Assembly: GCA_013265495.1 (NCBI GenBank)
Contig: MU058919.1
Location: forward strand, 1,488,001 to 1,552,000
Length of the DNA stretch: 64,000 nucleotides
DNA from: Vicugna vicugna
Taxonomy: Eukaryota
Direction of reading: 5' to 3'
Shown: in pieces, positions 49,326 through 61,473 of the stretch
Numbering within the stretch: the stretch's first letter is position 1
How the letters are laid out: the number at the start of each line of letters is the position of its first letter
Translations under genes and position numbers: made by a program
The notes under the pieces: generated by a model
Database searches by the model: none
What the model was told of the DNA's origin: nothing
The model's input: the letters and a program-made list of their open reading frames with translations, nothing else

Positions 49326-51614
49326 GAGGGGGGAACAGGAGCAGAGATGGCAGGTCAACTCGCAGGCTCTAGTTGCCGAGGGGAGGGTTCTACGACTTCC
49401 TCTGGGTGCAACCAGAGAGAGCGCCACGACTGACCAGCAGTGTCCGTCACGAGCCTGGGAAGAGCCGCCCTGCTCGGCGCCCACAGGCTGAGGGGCCAGG
49501 TCTTAGAGGCGTCTTCCTTTCTCAAGCCCATCCTGCTTCCTCATCAGAAGCAACGATCCGCATGAGCCCATCGTGGTTTTTGCCTTTACTTTTATTTAGC
49601 ATTCACTTCACCCCGGTTGGAATTCCAGGGCTTTCCACGACTGCCCGGCAGAGATCCTCACACCCGTCTGCGTTCTGTGCGGCAAACGGCGATGCACCTC
49701 TGAATTCCTCTGCTAGCTGTCAACACAGTTCCCTAGGCCAGCAGGAAGGGTGCTCAGGGTGCAGGGCGGCAGGAACCGGAGCAAGTGAGGTGGCCGGCTG
49801 CTGGCAGAGGGCACAGAAGGTCATAAAGGTTTGGGTACGCCGGGCCTGAGCCCAGGGACCCAGCCCAGAAAAAGCACAGCTGGCCTGCAGCGGCCAGGGC
49901 TGCCTGAGAAGGCAGTGCAGCCAGTGAGGGTCACCCCACGGCGGCTGGGGGGCCCACCCCTCACTAAAGCCAGTCCCCCACCCCCTACCCCTGGCACACA
50001 GAGCAGGAGGCTGACCAGAGGGAGCCTCACCCAGGGACGACCTTGCCAGCAGAGAGGCACGAGTTATTGACGAGCATCAGTGACAAGCCTTCTGATGACT
50101 TCCTGCATCGACCCCCCTCACCCACTGGGGCCCCCACCGCCCTGGCCAGCCCCCTCTCCTGGACACATCCGCTGGACCACAGCTCTCTGTGTAGTTTCTA
50201 CCTCACGCTTCTTTCCTACCCCAAACTGCACCCGGCCAGCTTTCGTGGGCCCCTCCAACATCTGCTAACACAACAGTTGCTGCCTGTTCTGAGGCCTGCT
50301 CTGGGAGGTTCAGGGACTCAGTGTGTGGGCAGCTGCAATCAATCAAACCTCTGTTTCAGCATCCCGACCCCTCCTCACAAATGTCTCCCTTCTGTCTGAA
50401 GCACTGCTGAGAAATACAATTTGTTGCTCTTTCAAACTGACCGGCTTGGAGTTAAAAATACAGCAAGGACTGTGACACCCAGGGGCATGCCATTCATGGT
50501 AATCTTTAATTGTTGCTTCTTCTGAAATCTTGGCCCCCACGCATGTGATCCGTGTCTAAATGGCCACGCACAGCCCAGATCTCGCCGGGAGTCAACCGAT
50601 GCTTGGTGGTTGAACCAGGTCTCGAAAAAGCAGTAACTAATAATGTCAGCGAAAGTCCCGCTCATAAACTACTCGTACCCTCAGGCTGGGCCCTGCCCTC
50701 GAGGACACATGCTGTCATTTTGCAAAAGGGAGGCGGCTGTGGCTTAACATAAAACACCAGGCCGGAGGAGCCTCGACAGACCATGCGAGGAAAGCTGCCG
50801 GGAGGTCAGCAGGGTCAGAACCGGCTGCATGGGGCAAGGCTGACCCCGGGCCGCCTTCAAGCATCTTGCTCTGCGGACCCAGAGCTCGCAGATGCAGCTA
50901 CAGGGAGGGAGGGCCTTTCTGAGCCAGGTCCTTGCGTCATCCCTCCCCACAGGGCTCTCCTCCGTGCAATCACTCTCCCTCACTCAGGACCCAGCTCCCT
51001 AACCGTGAGCTAGGCACTCGGGTTTTAAGGAGACCAAAAAGCAATTTCTAACCCCTTCCCGGCACTGTGTGCTGGTGGCCTCACTGCTGCGAGAGACAAG
51101 AGCCACTTGGCCACCAGCTAGACACCGGTGCCCCGGAGACCAGGCTGGGGAGGTCAGGACATCTGGAGGGGCGTCTGGTGGGCTCCTGGGGCCACTTCCA
51201 CCCTGGTTCCACGGGTGACAGACATGAGACAAGAACGCTCACCCGGCCTCCTCTGGCAGGTGGCGATTCTGATTCTGTCACCATTTCACAATCCCCTGTT
51301 TCAAGCCCGAGTTCACCGCAGGCTGAGCAGAGCCAAAGGGCAGGCCTCCTTTCCATTTTCAAAAGAAAAGGATGAGGCAAGAAGAGGAACCAACAAGAAG
51401 AAGTAAATGGCAAGGACAGAAAAGGGGGGCTAAATACAGAAGGAAAAGATGGACAAGTAAAGAATAGGGGAGTCTTCAGAATGTCACCCTCAAGGCCCAG
51501 TTCTGCCTCTGGAGTTGCCCAGAATGAGCCCACGCCATCCCTCCCAATTCCTGTAGTTGTCACAACAGCCAGTAACTGTCAGCTCTCGCCGGGCCAGTCT
51601 GTGCACTAGGTGAA

Positions 51615-51785
51615 GTGTGCACATGTGAGTGTGTGTGTAGATTAAGATACATACACATATCAACAGATATTACGGACACACACATTTATACACGCACATC
51701 CACATATAGATATACACGTACACATACATGCACACACACGGACACGTGAACGCATTTGCACAACATATGCACACGCATGCACACA
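51615..51785. repeat. Degenerate (CA/TA/CG)n low-complexity tract
   Basis: Mostly alternating purine-pyrimidine sequence, e.g. acacgtacacatacatgcacacacacg. Confidence 0.85.
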
Positions 51786-54700
51786 TTTCCCCTATTCCTC
51801 CCAACAGCCCTACGTTGATGATGGTGGTGGCAGTGGTAGTATTATCTGCTGCACAGAGATGTTAAGCAGTTTGCACAGGGCTGTCAGCCTCCAGCACCAT
51901 TTCTGAGGCCTTCTGATTGGTCAATATACCCCCAGATGCAGATCTAAAGGTGAAGACCATGTTCCAGAAGGGCCTATTTCCTCAGGAGGGGCCAGGATGG
52001 ACACAGCCTGAGGTCACGTGTACCTCTCCCACCCTCTGCTTCTAGCTTTTTTTTTTGTAAGTTTTAATGCTTTGCAATGAATATCAACTACTAATTTAAT
52101 AAAAAAGTCTTCAAGTCAAAAGGTGGGGAATGGCTGCTTGAGGCGATAAAGACCCTTTTTACAGGCCTGGCCTGTACCCTCCGGGGGCTGCTTGCTCAAG
52201 AAGGTGACACGGCACCCAGAGGAGAGGGTCCAGGGAGGGGTGAGAGGCAGCCTCAGAGCAGGGCCCACCCCAGTACCCTTGCCCCCTGTGTGCAGGAGGC
52301 AGGGCCCGGGACCTCAGAGGGGCTGGCCTCCTCTGCCAGTCTGACTCAGGGGTCTTCCCCTGGTCTCTTTTCTGCTGGAAGTTTGGGGAGACTCTGACTA
52401 CCAGCCACTCTCGGGGTGCTGCTGGGGCTCACACCGACCCCGGGGGGTCCCAGCCCCGGTCAGTGCCTCTGGAAGCCAGGGTTTATCAGAACCCCTGTCA
52501 TCCCAAAGGGCTGACTGAGATGGCACTCACTCTGCACCTTCAGCCCAAGTCTTTCATGCACCTGAGTCCAGAGCCCACGCACACAGGGGCACCCTGCCAA
52601 CGATGCTCATGTGGAAAGCCCTCCTCCCAGGTAGGAGACTATATAAACCAAGATCAAAAGACCCGTAAGACAGAGAGTCCACCACCCAGCTGGAGGACAC
52701 ACGGAGCAGTGCCAACTCTCGACACAAGCCAACCTTTCCACAGACTTGCAGACCCACTCGTTTCCCAGCAACTGCAAATGCAGGTAAAGCCACGTGGAGG
52801 CTAGGGTCTGGGGACAGTTAGTCTCACACCAGCCGCCATCTGGCCGCGAGCAGGTCCCTACAAACCAGTGACACTGGCTCACGGGGTGCCCAGGCACAGG
52901 GCCCTGCATGTTCCAGGCTACATCCAGGGCTCCTTTCAAATGCACAGAGGTTGCCCTGGGCTTGGCTTTCAAGGCTCCTAGAGAAGCAAGGCCCATCTCC
53001 TGAGGCCATAAGTCATCTGAGGGGGGAGAGCCAAAGCAAGCAGAGCCCACGGGAAACGGCTGGCTGGGTCTGGAGGCTTGGCAGGGGGGGCGGCTTAGGG
53101 TCCACCCATCCCCAGGGCGCTGCCCGCAGCCCTTCGGCCCACAGGCTTCCCAGGGGCCCCTTCTCCGCTCTCCCTAGACTCTGCCCTCCCCAGGCCTCAG
53201 CCAGGGAAAGGCAGGCAGAACCAGGGCAGCCTCCTCAGGCTCTTGGAGGCCTGCCTGGAGCTGATGGAGCAATCCATACATCTGGGCACAGCCCCACCGA
53301 GCAATATATCTTTAAATGGTTTCTACCCAAGTGAGGACGGGAAATGTCTCCAGTGATGCCAGGGGTGTTATTCCAACTTGCGGCTAGTAAAATATAATAA
53401 CACGTGTAAGTTGTTTTTATTACCTATCTAGCTTATTAGCTAATAAAATAAGCTCAGCATTAAAAATTTAACTGAAGCCCTTTCTCGTGCACCCAGAACT
53501 CAAGACTCTGGGTTTCCTTTCAGAAGTCAACAAATCTGTCACCTCTCCAGCATTCTTACCTATTTAAATTTCTCCAAGAAGGAAAATTCCACTCGCCTGT
53601 CCAATGTCCAGGAAATGTGTTCAATCGCCGCCTAGCTAGGAAAGCACTCAGGGGAAAGCAAGGGATACACCTGGGGCAGCCATGTGATAGAAGGAAGGGA
53701 AACTGGAGATGAGGGCAGAGGGTGGAGTCTGCCCAGTCCTCCCGCAGGCTCTTCCCCAGGCGAGCCCCACCGGACCGGGGAGGCGGGAGCACCACCAGCT
53801 GGTCCTCCGACTGCCCCAGACCAGGGCCTAGGCTCTTAAGCAAAGTGGCCAGAAAGCCTGGACTCAGGGGCCAGGTGTGCTCAATACTGGAGATACCTGC
53901 ACCTCTTCTTCTGGGGAGACCTCAAGGCTGGGAGGAAAACCAAGAGGAAAGAGAAGGAAACTCCATAGACAGAAGCCATATTTTCATTCTAAAAGGAGGC
54001 CTGACTGAAAAAAAGCACTGGCCACTGAAGGAAGGTGGTGGAGCCCGCCTGAAAAGGAGTGGACGTGACAAGCCTGTTTGCCCAGATGTGCGCACATGCT
54101 CGTGAGCAAGGCCAACCTCTCACCAAACCGGCCTCTGTGACCCTCCAGCCCAGCCGTGACTGATGCTCATGTAACAAGACTAGAAAGGACGATAATCAAA
54201 CCGTGGCCCTGAGCACCTAAGGGCCTCCTGGACACAGAACCCGGAGCGCCACCTTCTGCCCACCATATCCACCTGTCCTCGGGTGGACAGCCACAAGGGC
54301 CAGCCCTGCTCCCTGGGCCTCACCATCACACGCTCTCATCCTTGGGATTCCCCAGTAAAGAAACAAACGCAGGCAACGCTCAGGCGTGGAGACTGTCCTG
54401 ATCGTGGCGCATTAACTCCAAGTTCCTCATTCAAATCAGTACCTGAGATCAGAGTTAGCAGGAGGCAGGGATCCGAGACTGAGGATAAAGTGCATGTGAC
54501 AGAGGCATGTGGCCAGAGGCCTCACCTATAGTGAACAGCAAGGACGATTACATAGGTGCCACTGACAAGTGATCACAACTTCTTGATGGTCTCACATTTT
54601 CAGCAGTTTAACCAAAAGAATAAGTGCTTCCCACCATTTCTCGCTTTCTAAAACCATCACCCAGGGCCCTGACCTCAGGATCAGCGTAATCCAAGTGACA

Positions 54701-55093
54701 CTGCATCCCGGCCTGTGCGAGCACTTCTTGGGGCGGCTGCAGGGACGGGTTCCTGGGAGAGAGGCTTCAGAGAACTGCCAGGAAGGGGGTAACCAGTGTG
54801 TGGTGATGCTGGTCTGCCCAAGGCCCTGTCCGTCCCCATCTGTCCGCTCTTACACCACTAGCACTGGGTTCACAGGGAAAGAACAGTTCTGATTTTAAAT
54901 GGAAAGAAAAAGACCCTTTACAAAGTGGGGCTTGATTTTCTCCTTCTCGGAATAGGATTTTAAAAAGCAGGAAATTAACCCATTCCTGGGGGTGTCTGAA
55001 ACTGACCCCCTGCACTTGCCTGGGATGGGCCAGGAGCAGCAGAGGCTCCGAAAGGCACCTGCAGCACCTCTCAGCACCTTCTGGGGCTCTTAC

Positions 55094-55872
55094 CTGTGCC
55101 ATCTTGGCAAGGTCCAGGGAAGGCCTCGGCTCCTGCACCTCTTCGGGGCGCCGCCGCTTAACGCCGACCTTCTTGTCGTTAAGGACACACGGCTGGGAGC
55201 GGCTGCGGGAGAGCCCGCTAGAGCGTCTCCCCAGCTCTGGCGTTGAGGCAGGTGTGCTGTTGGCTGAGGGTGGACAGTACTCCGCGAACGAGAACTGCTC
55301 GTGCGAGCAGGAGAGGGACCGTTGCATGTCAAGCCGGCCCCCACCCACCAGGCTCGGGTTGGGGCCCCAGATGTCTCTCGCCTGTCCACAGATGGCGGAG
55401 CCGGGCACCCCTTGGCAGGGCTGACCACCGAATTGGTGGTGAAAGGCCGCCTGGTCACAGGGCGAGGAGAGCACGTTGGCCCGGGAAGGGAGGCTGAAGC
55501 TGGAGCTCCGCTGCATGGTGCTGAAGCCGTTGGAATAGCGCTGGACGCTGCCCCCGCTGTAACAGCGCCTCTTTTCCACAGGCGTCCAGACTTTGGACCC
55601 CAAGGGCCTCCATGATGTTCGGCAGCTGGACATCTCGTCGGAGAAGGACAGTGACCGGCACTGGCGCTTGCTGGGGGGCGCGGAGGGGTTCCCGTTGTGG
55701 TCACTGAGGCTGAGGTCTTTGATCAGGTTGGTGACCGCGCAGGCGGTGGCGGCCTCCCGGTGCCACAGAGCGCTGTCCTGACACTTCTCAGGCAGGCACT
55801 CCCAGATGCTGGCGCTCGGCTGGTCAATCTGAAGAGGGCACTTCCTGTCCAGGTCTCGCCATCTGTCATTTT
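55094..55872 (-). CDS. FAM53B: FAM53B large internal coding exon (779 nt; exon 4 in human numbering)
   Basis: Translates as (E)NDRWRDLDRKCPLQIDQPSASIWECLPEKCQDSALWHRE...PPSKRQCRSLSFSDEMSSCRTSWRPLGSKVWTPVEKRRCYSGGSVQRYSNGFSTMQRSSSFSLPSRA...RSRSQPCVLNDKKVGVKRRRPEEVQEPRPSLDLAKMAQ, which I recognise as FAM53B. Acceptor tttatgaaccag|AAAATGAC (AG at 55874-55873, phase 1); donor GCACAG|gtaaga (GT at 55093-55092, phase 0). The provided ORF 54767..55633 covers the last 180 codons and then runs into the intron. Confidence 0.97.
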
Positions 55873-55959
55873 CTGGTTCATAAATGACAAAGAGAAACAG
55901 GATTTGAGAAGGCCTTCATGCCAGTCCTCTATCTCCTCACCAAGAACCCGTCTTAAGCA

Positions 55960-56090
55960 GGAATTTAGAGCTAGAAAGGCCCTTAAAAGCCATCCAGGGC
56001 GACCTCGATTTACAGATGAGAAACTGAGGCCCAGAGAGGGGATGTGAGTTCCCAGGTGCTGAGTTAGACGCAGAGCAAGGCCTAGGATCC
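55960..56090 (-). mobile_element. MIR ~90 nt upstream of the exon acceptor
   Basis: agaaaggcccttaaaagccatccag...tttacagatgagaaactgaggcccagagaggg. Confidence 0.85.
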
Positions 56091-57929
56091 AAGCACTGCC
56101 CAGGATGCCTGGCACGGCTTTCTCTCCAACGCACCGTCCTGCCTCCCAGGAAAGTCCACATCACTATTTTTCACCCAAAATGCTTCTCATTTTCTAGAAG
56201 GGAAACTGACTTGTCCCACCCCCCCCAACCCGGCCGGCAGCAGAGTCGGGTGACATGTCGGTGACATCCCATGTCAGGGCTCTGGGGCTGGGACTCAGTG
56301 CCCTGGCAGAAGGCCATGACCAAAGACGACTCAGCCATACTTTAGGGGCTGGAGGTGCTGCCAGGTTAGTTCATCTGAAGCCCATCTTGAAAACACTTGC
56401 TGACAACAGAAACTGAATATTTCCTTGATTTAAGTCCCCTCCACCAAAATGCTCCACAACATCAGCAACCAACAAGAGCTGCCAATCACTGAGGACGTTC
56501 CTTGCATTCATTTGCTTTCTTGCCAAAATAGAGAAAAAAGCAGCTAAAATCTATAGGGACAAGCCTTGGGCTGCAAAGACTTAAGGGAACAATTTAAACT
56601 TACGTTATCTGGGTCTCGACTTGAACACAGGAATAAATAAGCTCACCCTGCTATGAAAAGCTGACTTGGCACTTTGAACCTTTATTTTAGTGAAGTATTC
56701 AATAACTATTTATTGTTTTTCTCCTACGCGGAGCATTTTGGGCGAGCAAAGATAAATTTGACATGGTTCTTGTATTCAAGTTCACGATACGAAAGCGAAG
56801 TTAAGAAATACGCCATGCTCCCAGAGATCGACGTATTAGCATGTTTCGATTTTTTTCTATTCTATACATATTTATAAACGGTGCAAATGTGAATACAGAG
56901 AGAAATATGACTTGAGTCAGTCTCAGTAGAAGGAGAGCAGTGAAACCTGAAATGACGTTCAGAAGGTATGTCACGCACACTGATTCTCAGCACAATTACC
57001 ACGCGTCCACCACGGGCGCCCTGGGTGGTTGCCATCACTGCCAGACGGGGAGAATGAGGCTCGGAGAGGTTGAGTAAGCGGCCCCGAGCCACACAGCTAA
57101 CAAACGATGAGGGACTGGCCCAACCCGAAGTCCAAGCTGTTCTCACTTCACTGCAGCACTGAGGGAGCCACAGGGGAGCCTGACACTGGCCCTGTCCTCA
57201 GGGCAAGGACCAGTCGTGCAAGACAAGCCATGCCTCAGGAAACTGTGACGTCACCCACACAAGTGCTCCAGGCAGCTGGGACTGCAGAACCAGCTCCCCT
57301 ACCGGTGGCCACTTTTCCAAGGGCACTGAGAGACACACCCAAGGGACCGACCCCAGGCTGAGTGTCACAAGCAGCAGCTACATGACAGGTTCAAAGGGAG
57401 TGACCGATGAGGCCCAAAAGGAGATTCACAAGCCCAAGGAATTGCCAAATCAGGGCTAAATGTGACCACCTTCCTCCAGGGCGCCCTGTGTCGTCTGCAG
57501 TCATGAGACGCGCAGAGCCTGAGGGGGCCGGGACCCTGGGCCGGGGACATGGGAAGAGTGGTCCAGAGGCTGTTCCCACGGGAGGGCCTTAGAAGCTGGA
57601 GATGCAGGAGAGAGATTTGCCTCAAGCCCAGCAGGCCAGCTGGGAACAAAGCAGGTCTGTCACTAAACGTCCAATTCATCTCATCCCTGAAATCTTCCCA
57701 GGCCCTGGCGCACGGCAAGTCTCCAGACGTGCTCCTTCAACTGAATTTGACAAATCATTACCAGAAGTTACCTTCTTGCAAATAGCATTTATGTTGTTCA
57801 AAACAGGCCTTCACTATCCACTACTCCTCGAATATTCGCCATTCTTTTCTAAAAGAGTATCTTGCCAGCAGTTGAAAGTTCAGCAAACTAACACAATACT
57901 AAATTAAAACACTGAAGTAATACTAAAGT

Positions 57930-58385
57930 AAAAATTTTAAAAATATAAACCCACATCGACTGAGTTGCGACCAACTCTGTTATCCGATTTAGAAGAAAAG
58001 TTATCCTCAGAAAAAAGTGGAGATTTATGTTTAATGATGTTCTTCAAAATGATATAAGCGATAGCAAAATGGTAAACACAACTAAAATGTCCCACAGTAG
58101 GGGGCTGGTTAGATGAAGTATCAAGGAATAACATGGAGCATGAAAAAAGCAGCTTCAAAGAATATTAATGATGTGAGGAAATGTTAATGATGTAATACTA
58201 AGCATAAAGAAACAGGATATAAAACTGTATAGACAGCATGATTCTTATTTAGTAGAACACATATGCTGTGTGGGAAGACAGAAAGGAATAAACCTAAATG
58301 TTCATGGCCAATCGGCAGAGAGCTGGTTGATTTTTCTTTTTGGTTCCCGAGAGTTTCTGTGTTTTCTATAAGGACAATTATGTGG
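57930..58385 (+). mobile_element. L1ME-like 3' end
   Basis: atagcaaaatggtaaacacaactaaaatgtcccacagtagggggctggtta...aacaggatataaaactgtatagacagcatgatt. Confidence 0.75.
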
Positions 58386-59484
58386 AGAACCTGACCACCA
58401 AGCCCACAGGTGCTGTGCCAGGCTCAGGGCCAGGCTCACAACCATCCTTCTCTGGGCTTGTTCCTTTGGTCTTTCAGGAAGTTCCCATCAAACAACGCTG
58501 GCCACCAACTTTTCCTTCTGGACAAGGCACTGAGGCGCCAGATGGGCCACAAATGTGGCCGACTGAGGAAGGAACTAGGGGACCCAACCAAGGGCAGTGA
58601 GGGCCCCAACTTCCAACTAGAGTCCACTAGAGAAGGTCTCTCTCCAGGCCCTGGGAAACCCGGGGAATTAAGAGATTGATCCCACCCTCAGAAGGTACCA
58701 CTTTCTGTTCCATTTTTACTTCACTGCCCTGGAAGCTTCCCCATCTCCAGGGGAGAACAAAGGGGGAACTGGGAGCCAGTTAACAAGCTCAGCCGTTCTG
58801 TCTCCATCATTCGGCAGTGCCATCGCTCTCTAGCGGCCATCTTGTGATCTCGGTGCTTCTTGACTAGACCCCTTGGGCCTCCCTACTCCAGTCCCAACTC
58901 CTTTCTGCCGCCAGAGAACTTTCTGAGGTCATGGTCCATCCCCTCCCACAGCTTCTCATTGCCCCCTCAAAAAAATGCAGACATTTCATCCTGGCATCCA
59001 GATCCCCACCTACTCATGGTCCCCCTACAGGCCCTACACTCCAGGCACACCCAACCTGCCGTGACATCAAGAGTCAGCCCAGAATCAGACAGAGCCAAGA
59101 TCATCCCTAAAAATGCCTGAGGCCATAAAGCCACTCCTCCTGGTTTTGTGTACACAGTCCTGAAGAGTGACTCTTCTGCACCAGCAATTCTTCGTGAAAC
59201 TGAAGTTTAACAAATCGATTGGAGGAACGAGCACAGGTGCTGCCTGCGTGCAGAGGGCTGTGTATTCAACGTGCTTTTAGGTTAACTATCAAATCCCAGT
59301 GGGACTGGTGTCGGAGGGCTAATTCTATCGTGTTCCTACTTGCCTACAGGAACTACTCCACTCTGTTTTAAAGAGTAAGCCTCTATGACCTTAGTATGTA
59401 AGATGTCTCTGTCGTAGGGGGGACTAAAACAGTCAGTTCTCAACTCAGTCCACGGGTTAAACGTGAGCACGGCAGTGGCTCTGC

Positions 59485-59815
59485 AGCTTCCCCTCAAACA
59501 TCAGTGCTTTCTCGCCTTCACCCCTTTGCAGAGGCCTGGAATATAATTCTCCTGCTTTATCCTTCTACCAGTCTCTCACTCACCATTTGAGACCCAACTC
59601 AAACATCACCTCCCCTGCAGACATGTCTTCACATACAGGCCCTTGGGCAGCCCCAGCCTTTGCCTAGACTTCCAATCATATGGTTCGTGTTAACTGAATC
59701 CTAATTATCTGTTTATTTGTCTCCTTCTTCTACTGAGCTACAAGTTCTAGTACACGGTCCCGACATGACTCTCCAGCACCCAGTACCGAGCCTGGCACAC
59801 AGCCGACCTCAGGCG
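59485..59815 (+). mobile_element. L2 3' end
   Basis: cccaactcaaacatcacctcc...tgtttatttgtctcc...ccagtaccgagcctggcacacag. Confidence 0.8.
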
Positions 59816-60489
59816 GGGATGGGGGGAGGAAGGAGGGGATGACGAGTGCGGAGAAGAACAACAGAGCAGATGGTGGGGGTTCACTTGGTCTTGCCTGTCT
59901 CTTGCCCCTGGCGCAGGTAATCGCTCCTTGGCCAGGCAGATCCAACCTGGGCTGTGTCTTCAACTCCCCGCCCCACCGGAGCCACGGATGGCTGTGTGTG
60001 AACTAGCCAGGACACTGGCTGGCACAGCAACGTCTAAGACCCTTTGAAAACACAAAGCACTGCCCGACACTGAGCACTGCTGTTGTGTGTCAACACCAGC
60101 CAGGTGGCCACTTGGTCTGTCTGTGGGGCAGAGAATATTTTAATTGTTTCTATCTTTATCGCTTCAAGAAGTACAATATATGAAAAGTAAAAACAATCGA
60201 GGCTATGTTTAGCCCTTGTGTTTTCCCCCTTCACTCAGGGAACAGAAGGCGATTTGTTGGGTCAGGTCAGCAGACAAAAGAAACAGGAATAGAAGCTCAT
60301 TTTCAGTGGCAAACAGCCCTGAGCGTTCGGCCCAACGTCACGCTGCACGAAAGGCCCCGGTAAGGCTCCAAGGAGAGGATACCGGACGCCCCCGCCCCTC
60401 CATTCAACATCACTTCTGTACAAACAACTATAACTCTTTCAGAAGTGACAATGGCCGTGGACCCAGGGAGTCCGCTGAGCAGGGCTCAC

Positions 60490-60625
60490 TGGTGTGGGAA
60501 GGGTGCGGACCTGGGTTCGAGCCTCAGCTCTGAAAGTTACTGACTCTCTCAGAGCCTCAGTTTCTTCATCTATCAGCTTGCAGAGCTACTCTGAGGACGC
60601 AGCGGCTGCCTGGCACAGGGCCTGA
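60490..60625 (+). mobile_element. MIR
   Basis: cctgggttcgagcctcagctct...gagcctcagtttcttcatct. Confidence 0.75.
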
Positions 60626-60714
60626 GGGGACACACAACGAGCTCTCAGTGACAGTAGCCACGGTGTGACAACACTGGAGAAGGCCTGGGTAGGTGCGCCT
60701 CGGCCCTTCTACAA

Positions 60715-60920
60715 GCGGGTACCAATCTGGCTGTGTGTTCTGCACGAGGGCTTCTAAAAGTGCAGTTTGGGGACTAACTGCAGGAGTAGCCTCTGGGGAG
60801 CTAAATGCAGAGTCCCAGTCCCAGTCCCTGACCTAATGAATAGAATCTCTAGGGGGAAGAACCTGCATTTTAATAAACTCCCCGGGTTATCTTAACACAA
60901 AGTTGCTGAGAACCACTGCT
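60715..60920 (+). mobile_element. MER5-family hAT-Charlie MITE
   Basis: gaatagaatctctaggg...cctgcattttaataaactcccc and the terminus gagaaccactg. Confidence 0.75.
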
Positions 60921-61435
60921 CTGGACTGCAGGCCACACAGGGGCCTGGGCCCTCAGACAGCTCTGTGGCAGCCCCGTCAGACCGTCCAGCCACACCAGGA
61001 GGCTTCTGCAGCGCTGACGATCCCAGTCTCTACAAATCCGGATTCAGAACACCACTGAAAGGTGGTGTTCTTTTTGCTTTGGGCCAGTAACACAAAGCAG
61101 AATTATGGAGAAGGACAACTGCCCTTCAGGTACCTCAAGGTCCATTTTCACAGGAGGTGGTGGGTTGCACAGTATGTTCTGGATGGAGAGCCAGTGGGAA
61201 AGGCCTGAGAAGAGCCAAGAGTCTACATGAAGGGGATAGTGTGAGACATGCTGTGGCCTACAGCTTCTCGGGGAGGTTCCCAGCACCAAGACTCTGGCAG
61301 ACATGGTATGGCCCGGGGACACTGGGATCAGCCCCTGAAGTTCTAGGCAGTCCCCCTTACTTTAACCTTCAGGAACAACCAGAGTTTCTCCACTTCCCTG
61401 CTGAGCCTAGTTCACAAGTTTGAGATTATACATAG

Positions 61436-61473
61436 GAGAGAGAGAGTGAGTGAGTGTGTATGTGTGTGTGTGT
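61436..61473 (+). repeat. (GA)n(GAGT)n(GT)n compound microsatellite
   Basis: Read directly from the sequence. Confidence 0.85.

Larger units (their letters stand above)
6079..55093 (-). other. FAM53B: FAM53B intron, 49,015 nt, GT-AG
   Basis: Canonical splice sites join MAQ to NCQ in frame, as in the human protein from memory. I recognised no intervening coding exon. Confidence 0.92.

Noticed and set aside
53550-53570. TAG|GTAAGA as a recursive splice site in the long intron
   Set aside because: No polypyrimidine tract upstream on the minus strand.
55090-55704. 204-aa minus ORF and several plus ORFs overlapping the large exon
   Set aside because: Alternative-frame or antisense by-products of stop-poor GC-rich coding sequence.
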